DNA of 62,036 bases, the filler included, from Choristocarpus tenellus KU-1152 (lineage: Eukaryota; Protista; Phaeophyceae), in NCBI GenBank assembly GCA_964200185.2. It is 10 parts of 10 records of this genome, joined end to end, with 100 filler letters (N's around TTAATTAATTAA, not from the genome) between each part and the next. Parts side by side here need not be neighbours in the genome. Positions count along the whole stretch, not along the records: positions 50,652 to 55,158 come from CAXNAD020014240.1; positions 55,259 to 57,899 come from CAXNAD020026035.1; positions 58,000 to 62,036 come from CAXNAD020016547.1; 7 more parts are not named here. One strand, written 5' to 3'. Position numbers and translations under genes: made by a program. The stretch's first letter is position 1, and every line of letters begins with the position of its first letter. Shown here one piece after another: positions 53,591-62,036 of the stretch. Under the pieces are notes generated by a model. That model was given only the letters and a program-made list of their open reading frames with translations. It searched no databases and was not told the DNA's origin.

Positions 53591-53829
53591 CCTACTAAAT
53601 AACATTTGTCGTAAACACAGAAGATACCTTTGTCAAAAATATTTTGTGTTGATATGGCCAAAGTTCATATATTATATTATTATGCCCTCTGACATTTTGC
53701 AGATACGCTAGGGGAAAAACTAATGAAAACTATTCACATGTCTGCAACATCTCTAAAGAAGTAACAGTTGTCAAAAAAGTGAAAAACTTAAATTTCCTAT
53801 TTTACTACTATCTATATTGTTCTAGTGCC

Positions 53830-54226
53830 TTCCTGAGTCTCAAAACTATTCCTGCACCCCAGGCTGAGGAGCTAGGGAAGCATCGCCAAGAATCTAACAA
53901 ACATCTCCTTGCCCATCTCCCTGGTGACTCCAGCTTAAAATGCATGACCCGTCTAGATAGGGCTACTTATTTTGTGACTGAGACTATCTGGCGTAGGCGG
54001 GATTTGACGTCTCATTTTCTCCTGTAGCCTCCAGGTCCTCTCCCCCCTACTGCATGTGTAGCTAGCTCGTCCAGGAAATGTTCTGCTTGCTTGCCGAGGC
54101 ACCCAAAACTTTCCATTGCCAAGGTGTTGAGGTTATAACTACGAGGGTCAAAAGAGCCATCATAGTGGGTGCGCTTTTGTGCCTCAGCTGCAGCAGCAGC
54201 TACACCGTTGCTGGTGGTTGGCCAAA
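53830..54226 (-). mobile_element. 3' fragment of the same RLE-type non-LTR element
   Basis: AAAAAEAQKRTHYDGSFDPRSYNLNTLAMESFGCLGKQAEHFLDELA matches the K..KY…E.FG.LG RLE tail. DNA is similar to 17560-17880. Confidence 0.75.
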
Positions 54227-54237
54227 GTTCATAAAAA

Positions 54238-54494
54238 GAGTGAAAGTATCTTAGAGGGTACGAGTTTTGCCCTGCTTGTTCATTCGTGACTTGGCTTCCC
54301 ACGGGTTTTTTTATGGCATTTTCCTACTCCAAAATGTTTCAGAGTAGGTAAAATGTATACGTTATGAAAAGGTGTATCTAGAACAAGGATACCGACAATT
54401 CCTAACAAACATGACAGTCAAAATTATATCGAAATCGTAACATTGAGTTTTGGTCCCCAAATGGACGCGTCCCTACCCTCCAAGATACTTCTTC
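54238..54494 (-). mobile_element. MITE family B copy
   Basis: Reverse match to 22500-22764. Confidence 0.85.
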
Positions 54495-56474
54495 TGTCAA
54501 ATCCTTATCGTTTATGTTAGGGACCAGGTCAATACACCAATGTGCAGTTCGAAAAAAACAATCATGTCACCAATTTGGACCCATAACCAGGTACGAAAAG
54601 AAAACAGACTTTTGGTGTTCTCAACACCACACACCCCACCACTGTTTCCTGAACTAAACGGATTATAACAACAGTAGTTCATACACATCACTCGCACCTT
54701 CCGAATTTGAACGTGTTCTTCCCGTTTGTGGTCCAGGACGAGATTTTCCGGACTACAGGTAGTAGGCATAGATTTCTTACAAAGTCCGAAGTGTGCAAGT
54801 TCAGCATGATGAGGGAGTGGCAGCGGGTACTACGAACACACCAAAAACGATGCCTGTGATTCTATCAAGCACCATATATGGATTCCTCTTTGGAGCCAAA
54901 AGTAAGTGAGATGTACACAAGTTTTGGAAGTTTGTATTTTAAGTCACTTTTTTCTTTCAATTCATCCTTACTTCTATGAAGTTGTCTGGACAGGAGTACA
55001 GGCCCCAACTATGGACAGGTCAAAGTGGGCACTGGGCTGGTATCTGCTCTAAAGTATACAAGAAGAGGCTCCGCAATTAAAGGTGTTATTGGGGCGGAAG
55101 GGGGGGGGGAAGACAACACAAGTGACAAGGCCCAAATAATGTAATATTCATTCTAATCNNNNNNNNNNNNNNNNNNNNNNNNNNNNNNNNNNNNNNNNNN
55201 NNTTAATTAATTAANNNNNNNNNNNNNNNNNNNNNNNNNNNNNNNNNNNNNNNNNNNNTACTCTCTTTCCTCACCCGGCGCTTTTCATGTTTTATTGGGG
55301 GGGGGGGGGGGGGGGGGTATGGTATTGTATAGTTCAGTGGTCGGTGGGAGAGTGATTGCTGTGATGATGGTTTTCCTATTATTATTATTATTATTATTAT
55401 TCCTATTATGATGGCTATTTGGTGTATCGTATGTTTGAATATGATTCTATTTTTGTGGGAAGTGTTTCACTTGGAATGCTATGTATTGAATAATATTTAT
55501 GTATGGTATTATTAGTTAGTATTTATGTATTGGGTGCGTTGTGAGTTGAAAGGGTTTTGGGGGGGGGAATAGATTGAGAACACTTTTTTCATGCAATAGG
55601 AAAAATAGAACAATAATGATAGGAGTATGTATACAAACCGTTAGAGTTCACCGCCTATAAAGAACATTTCTGTTGAAGTGATGTGGTGTGATGTGATGAT
55701 GGAAGTCCCGATCCATCAAAAAATATATATGTTCCAAGCACATGCGTGTTTGTTTTTTGGCAGCTTGCATTATTTTTTTTCTAGTGTGTCATTTTTTTTT
55801 ATTGCTGATCACTAGACATGAAGCAGTGGACCTCTCTTGCGTTAGCACATCATACATAAAATATAAATAGTGGTGGAGTATTTTCAAACTGCCATGTATA
55901 TTTTTTAATACAAAGTTTAAATATATTTATATTTATATATATATGTATTAGTATCTGGCATTGAAGGGGTTCGAACCTACAAACTTAAAGTAGAGAGATG
56001 TCTTTATTCTACCACGGCTATTTAGCTGGCCAGTGACCTTAGCTATCCATTCCCATCTCATTTGGGGGTGTTCCCAATTGCACAGATATATTTTTTTTTG
56101 AAGAGGGCTTAGTCCCAGTGGATGAAGACCATCCAATCCTTGTGCAATTTAAGAATAAGCAAGTTTTGCTAAATTAAGTTTAGCTTCATTCTACACAAGA
56201 TGCACAGATTTGTATAAATATATATACTTAGGTATTTAACTCTTCTATGGGCTAAGTGCACTCACTAGGTACACAGAGTAGCAATTAAGAAAGGCAAAAG
56301 AATAGGAATAATACTAACAATAATGACAATTACAGTGATGATGACAATAATAATAATAATACGGGGAGACAACAAACCCTCCTCTTGATAACTGTGGAAA
56401 ACAAAGGCTTGACCAAAACCGTTTCATTGCAAAAACTTCTCTTGATAACTTGTGTGTTTTGTGTGCTTGTGCAG

Positions 56475-56602
56475 GTGGACTATCACCTTATCACAGACCT
56501 TCTTCCACTGCTGACACGGCTGTTCTTCTTAGGTCGTATTCGAGAGATACGAGTTTCTCACCTTCAAGAAGCCATCCTTGTTGCCATGGGCCTGCAGCAC
56601 AG
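56475..56602 (+). CDS. NAT10: RNA cytidine acetyltransferase NAT10/Kre33, single internal exon (C-terminal tRNA-binding region)
   Basis: AG/GT-bounded exon encoding VDYHLITDLLPLLTRLFFLGRIREIRVSHLQEAILVAMGLQHR. This matches the conserved NAT10 VDYHLI.D..P......F......LS..Q..+L...GLQH segment. Flanking exons were not found on this contig. Confidence 0.85.
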
Positions 56603-57837
56603 GTGACTTTACAATTTTTATTATTATTATGATATTAAAAGTCTAAACCGGATTGAGCCATAATAATAATAATATTAATAATAATATTAATAATAATAAT
56701 AAAAGTCATTTAGATCTCTCTGAATGCCCCTAGCCTGGCCCTTGATCATATATGACTGTTATTATGATTATTATTATTAATACTAATAAGAACAACGACA
56801 TTGTTATTTCCTGTGTAATGTTAGCATCTCATACACAAATCCATTGAAGTTGGTTCCTATTTATTATTATTATTAATATTATTATTATCATTAGCGATAT
56901 TCAAGTGACAACTGTGTCGATATTTTGTCTGATTCTCGGACATTGTTAACTTTTGAGTTAAAAATCAAAAGAGTTAACAATCAAAACCATTCTATTGGGC
57001 GCATGATTTTGGTTAACAAGTTAACAATTGTTTTGGTTAATAACAATATGGGAAACAGAAGCAGGGCTCCTCAAGCACTCTGAGTGTTGGAGGAGGAAAT
57101 GAACTGATCCTAACCCCCAAAACCCTAACCCTAAAACCCTCTGCAAAAATTCTCTGATGAGATTTAACCTGTTGTAGTCTAGTTCTACTCTGTGTGTGTG
57201 TGTGTGTCTGTATTTGTGTATTTGTGTGTGATCTAATTGGTCTAAGGGATGGTGAGTGCATCTTAAGAACACCAGTGTGAAGTCTGATTGATACCTATAC
57301 ACCTGTAGGGTTAGGGGGCAGGGGGCGGTGGATGTCTTCTTCTGTTTTTTCTTTTTTATTCTCTTGAGTTAGGGTTAGGGTTAAGGGAGACATGTGCATT
57401 AATTTCTTTCGATAATGTTTTGTGACCAACTCACATGCTTGTTAGTGCTGTCTGCATGGTAGTGCGTTAGGGTTAGCAGTGCAGTGCATTGCATTGCAAG
57501 ACAGCCTAGCTAAAGGTTTGTTGTTCAATAGAGCTTTTTTTGGGTTTGTTTGGGGTTGGTTGTCTTTTAGTGATAGGTGATGACTCATTAGTGATGGGAA
57601 CCCCCCAAAGTTCAGTTTCTGCTACTGTTTTTTTTTTTAATTTTCCATTTTGTAGAAGAAAAGTTTTAGTTGGGTGTAAAACAGGCGGTTGAATGTGATG
57701 AACACTAAAATTGACTTCGTAGTGCATACATGCATTCTAAAGGGTGGAGGATGTTTTTTTGGGACATGCCTCACAGCCTATGGAGATGACATGGCCTCGG
57801 AAGTCTTGGGGTTGGATTTCTGCCCTCACACCCCCCC

Positions 57838-57879
<42 letters not shown>

Positions 57880-58118
57880 CCCACCCTCCCCCACTCCCCN
57901 NNNNNNNNNNNNNNNNNNNNNNNNNNNNNNNNNNNNNNNNNNNTTAATTAATTAANNNNNNNNNNNNNNNNNNNNNNNNNNNNNNNNNNNNNNNNNNNNT
58001 TTTTTTTAAAAATTATACTCCTTTCTTGTATAACAACAAAACAAAGGGAAAAAAAGGGGGGGGGGGGGGGGGGGGAGGGTACACCAATCTCCTCTCTTCA
58101 GAGTACATTTCAACACAC

Positions 58119-59405
58119 TCAGCAGAAGTACGGGTGGTGGGTTGGCCAGCACAACTCCTCGTCATTGTACACCAAACCTAGGGATACAGACAGGGCGGTA
58201 GCCCAACACACAAACTGCAAATATCCTGCGTACACAATTACCACAACCCTAACCCTAACCCTAACCCTAGCCCTAACCCACCGTACTACTGCAAACAAAA
58301 AATTTCAACACAATTTGAAATCGAGGGTTTGGTTGAGAGGCACCAAGCAAACGTCCTTCATGCACATACCTCCACTCAAAACACAATCAATCCATTGCGA
58401 AACAGATCTTCCGGGAATACAGACAGTCATACAACAGCCTCAAAAGGTCTAATCAACAGCAATGCATACCAGTGCATACCAGTGCGACCCCAACAACAGG
58501 GCCACGGCAGCAGACTCTCGGGGGGCACTGTCTATCAACACGCCTTCTGCTTTATACGCAACTCCCTCGCAAATCAACCCTATCCATCTGTTCCATATTC
58601 CCAAAAGAAACACGGCGAGACCCACTCTGTTGGGGCTGCCTCATACAACACCGATCCCTAACCCCAACTTGTGGGTTCAACATGCATGACCTCTTCGAGC
58701 ACACTTTTAAACATCCATGTTGCTGCTAAGTCAATACAAACAATTCTTCTGTTGCAGTTCTGCGTGGCATTACACACGCTCGATAGCGGCACTCCATGCC
58801 CTTGACACATTTAGCCTATTACAACGGGCCGTATAGCAAATTCGTTGCCAAGGTACAAAATTAAACGAGGAGAGCCTTTAGTGCGACTTGCCTTCACCAG
58901 TGTGGTCACGAACTTTGCAGTGTGGTTCCAGAAACGTATCCTTGAGCTACGAAGATCCTGACGCATAGACACACATACATACATACACACACATACATAC
59001 ATACATACATACATACATACACAAACACAGGCACACACGCATGCACACACACATATACACATACATAAATAAACACACGCACACACACACATGCACACAC
59101 ACATACACACGCACACATACACACACACATACACACACACATACACACACACACACATACACACAGAAAAAAAAACAAGAGTCACACAGCATTATGTAGT
59201 GGAAAAGAAAAAGAAATACCAATGAGGTGAACGCAAACCACAAAACAGAACAGAAATTTTTTTGAACAAACAAAAAACAGTGTGACGAGCCAATTGCATC
59301 GTTTTTAGAGAGAGAGCTTTGCAGCATCAACGGCACCTGTATATGTATCAACTTGTGACGGTGAAAAGGGCATCGTGGTGGGCAGTGGCACCGAGTGAGT
59401 GTCCT
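58119..59405 (-). CDS. Putative 3' exons of an unknown gene (Cys/His/Trp-rich C-terminus; one GC-AG intron)
   Basis: Exons 59405-59337, 58957-58892 (GC donor AAG|GCAAGT), 58531-58480 and 58177-58119 splice in phase to …DLRSSRIRFWNHTAKFVTTLVK|TVPPESLLPWPCCWGRTG|LVYNDEELCWPTHHPYFC*. Confidence 0.4.
58968..59165. repeat. Compound (CA)n/(CATA)n microsatellite
   Basis: Direct reading. Confidence 0.9.
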
Positions 59406-59639
59406 CTGCAAACAGTGAGGACTGTCACCACATTCATGAAGCAAAAGTGACTGCACATGCGCATATGTAATTTATCCGGCTACTGGACGATGTCCAAAGC
59501 ACAACACCAGTCGGCGTTCACGCGATCATTTTATGAAACTGAAAGCTACCATGTTTCGTAAACGTTTGAGCTACACATCATGCAGCCTTGTAACAGACGC
59601 TTTACTGGGGTCAAGGGTAACTGAAAACACAAGAGTGGG

Positions 59640-60650
59640 TGCACACCAATGGGCCCACATGGAGAGAGGGATTGCTTGGTGCTGCTTCCAAGTCAAATAT
59701 CTACTTATGTGAATATCAAGGATCTGATGAATATGAGTATAAATGGTAGGCCAACAATCCGACAGTTCCTACAAAGGTTCTCACAGTTGAATCGATCAAA
59801 TACCATCACAACAATGTTTGAAAGAACATGTTCGTTTCCACAATATTAATGTAGATCTACCCCGTGTTCCCCGCATTGAATGACTCGGATAGACACTCAG
59901 AAATAGAAAACAAGAACCTTCACCACGGATGCCTTTAAGGTGGCTCGATGTACACGATATGAATACCTTGGCGGTGATGTTAATGGACAAGAGGTCCTCC
60001 TCTGCCTGCTCCACGCACTTGATACATCCTAGCGGGAAGGAAACCCAGTCAAAAGTATCGCCCATACCTGCCTGAGAGATGAAGAGTTCGCACATTAGGC
60101 TGAGTGATAAGATTGGGCAAGTAATATTGGGGTGGGACATCACAAAAGAAGGCATCTATCTTCCCCACAGTTGTGTTGGGTGGTTGACAACAATCCCGAT
60201 TCAATCTCCCTCCAATGTATTGGATACCCATGATGCATGACTGGTATATAGACTGGACTTGCAGCACACAGACCGAACACCTACTTGCAGGTTCTTCTCG
60301 AGCTCCAGTATGAGGCGAAAGGAGGTTATGTGGAGGGCGCCTCGGAAATCCCCCCCCCTTCCTCGCCCTCGGGCCAAGGCGTATGCCACGGGTGATATCA
60401 TGTTTGTTACCACCTCTCCATCGAGCAGCTCCAGCTCTCCCTGAACCTCACAGTCAGAGAATCTTTCAACTCTCTGCGGAAGAATAAGAGGGAAGATGAC
60501 ACATTCCGTAAGTTGGTACTACAACAGCACTTGTGACCTCTTTGCATAGTTGAGTGACCTTGAGAGAGGTTCAATCTAACGTGCTGAAAGGGAAACTGCA
60601 CAGGTATTGGAAAACAGGCTGGAGCAGAAGGTCGGAGATGGCAGTTGGAC
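59640..60650 (+). pseudogene. Decayed ORF, possibly a KDZ (Kyakuja-Dileera-Zisupton)-like transposase
   Basis: Frameshifted pieces D…TCRF and CHG*YHVCYHLS…LNLTVRESFNS resemble the YD..C / H…H…C / E..NS order of KDZ cores. The match is weak. Confidence 0.25.
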
Positions 60651-62036
60651 AAAAAAAAGTGGTATAGACATGTAACCCTGCTTGTCTATTCTCTCAAGAA
60701 CCTCTACCTTTGAAGTCTCCATATCAGATGTCTGGAGTCGCTCCCCCGTCATGCTGCAAGGAGAGATTTTGTTCTGGTTAGCGACGGCACATGTCTTGCT
60801 GATCCAATGTTGAAATGCATCTCAGTACAAAGTCTTGAAGTTCTAAAAAAATACCTATAGGCTGTTTGAGGATGTTGCAAAGTGAACGTTGGCTGAAATC
60901 CACCCTCCATAGAACTGGCGAAGGTCTCGAATACAGAACAATTCAAGGGTGTCCACTAGGTTCCTGGTAACCACAAGTTCCAGTCACCTTACCCACTCCA
61001 CCCCTGTGATTGAGATCTATCCACCACCACACGCGAGATCAATGGATTACTCTGTTGTTGACGATTGAGTCGATCTTACTTCATAAGTTGAATATTCATA
61101 AATTAAAAAAAATGCATTTCACTCTTTTCACATTTTGTCCCCTCATTTTCTTTCATATCCCCTCTACTTTCTTACCCCCAACCCGACAAATCTAGGGACA
61201 AACACACAAACAATTAACCCTATTATTATTTGCCATACTTTCAACCTTTCTGTGAACCCGGACGATGATGTACGAGGTAGGAGGTAATTTCCTTAACCAG
61301 AGTAAATGTTGTTTACAGGTAAACAAGCGTCCTTATCTATCTGGTTCAGCACCGCCAGGACCAAAGGTTCAACTTCTGGACCATCAACACCTCTGTCCTA
61401 CTTTACAGATTGATTTTGTATTGATGTTTGCTTTTCTAATCCCTTTCCTTACAAAAGATGACGTACTTCTATTACGTGGGTCAAACATTGATGACATGTT
61501 AAATGCGTATGGAAGCACGAATGACGTGTAAGAGCATCATCTCCTATCTTGAGGTCATTTTCTTTTCAATCTTATTTTTTAGGAAGAAAATCGACCACAA
61601 CAAAAAACGGGCGATACAAGGGAACAAATTACATTATCGCCTTGTTTTTGTTGTGATCAATTTTCTTCCCAAAAATAAGATTGAAATGCTTTCTCGAATA
61701 AGATTACTCCTGCAAGAGATGGTCTTAGTATTATATTATTATGCCCTCTGACATTTTGCAGATGTGTCAGGGGGGAAGCCAATGAAAAAACTATACAAAT
61801 AAAATACCCTAAACATAAGAACACCATAAAACATTGTGAGTGTGGAAACTACTAATCTATGAGGGTTCAAAGTATCTGAAGGGGGGGTGTCGGCGTCCGT
61901 TTTTCACCATTTTTTCGATCATCACTTTTTTGGTGTGATTTGGTCGCACGTGTCGGATTTGAAATGTCAGCAAAAAAAAAGTTGGACCGAAACGGACGCC
62001 CCTTCACAAACCACCCCCCCCCCCCCCCCCTTCCTT

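Noticed and set aside
55956-56030. tRNA-like sequence on the minus strand (TGGTAG…GGTTCGAACCC…GCCA); a B-box also at ~35678
   Set aside because: Acceptor and anticodon stems do not pair. At best a decayed tRNA-derived SINE head.
8508-57999. Recurring TTAATTAATTAA motif flanked by N runs
   Set aside because: Artificial six-frame-stop contig linker. ORFs crossing it and gene neighbourhoods across it are artefacts.
58811-59456. Cys/Val-rich ORFs (VCVCMYV…)
   Set aside because: Translations of (CA)n/(CATA)n repeats. Only short AG/GY-bounded parts may be exons.
1-62036. Prokaryote-style operon or defence system, or endogenous giant-virus block
   Set aside because: There are no long intronless gene clusters. 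Most track ORFs of 60-130 aa are chance frames in introns and TEs.

Overview
This is eukaryotic nuclear DNA, not one locus. Ten short contigs (1-8507, 8608-11735, 11836-23851, 23952-31441, 31542-34086, 34187-39068, 39169-50551, 50652-55158, 55259-57899, 58000-62036) are joined by artificial 100-bp N44-TTAATTAATTAA-N44 spacers, so adjacency across spacers means nothing. Small exons in long introns, a motile-cilium gene (DNAAF5), a plant/algal At1g16080-like gene and TTAGGG tracts suggest a flagellated photosynthetic stramenopile, probably a brown alga (inference). Genes read by hand-splicing: a complete 5-exon Bax inhibitor-1; a head-to-head 4-exon ~720-aa unknown protein with a possible AsmA-like signature; and partial DNAAF5, NAT10, TCP11-domain and At1g16080-like genes. 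The rest is mostly decayed transposons: four MITE families sharing a terminal motif with apparent 3-bp TSDs, a Ty3/Gypsy element with LTR, PBS and PPT, RLE-type non-LTR fragments, probable Helitron and KDZ-like fossils, a foldback and minisatellites. Protein family calls come from motif recall, not searches. I found no convincing new multi-gene system. The best leads are the AsmA-like/BI-1 divergent pair, a Tudor-like segment in the TCP11 protein, the MITE clan and a CpG-deamination footprint.
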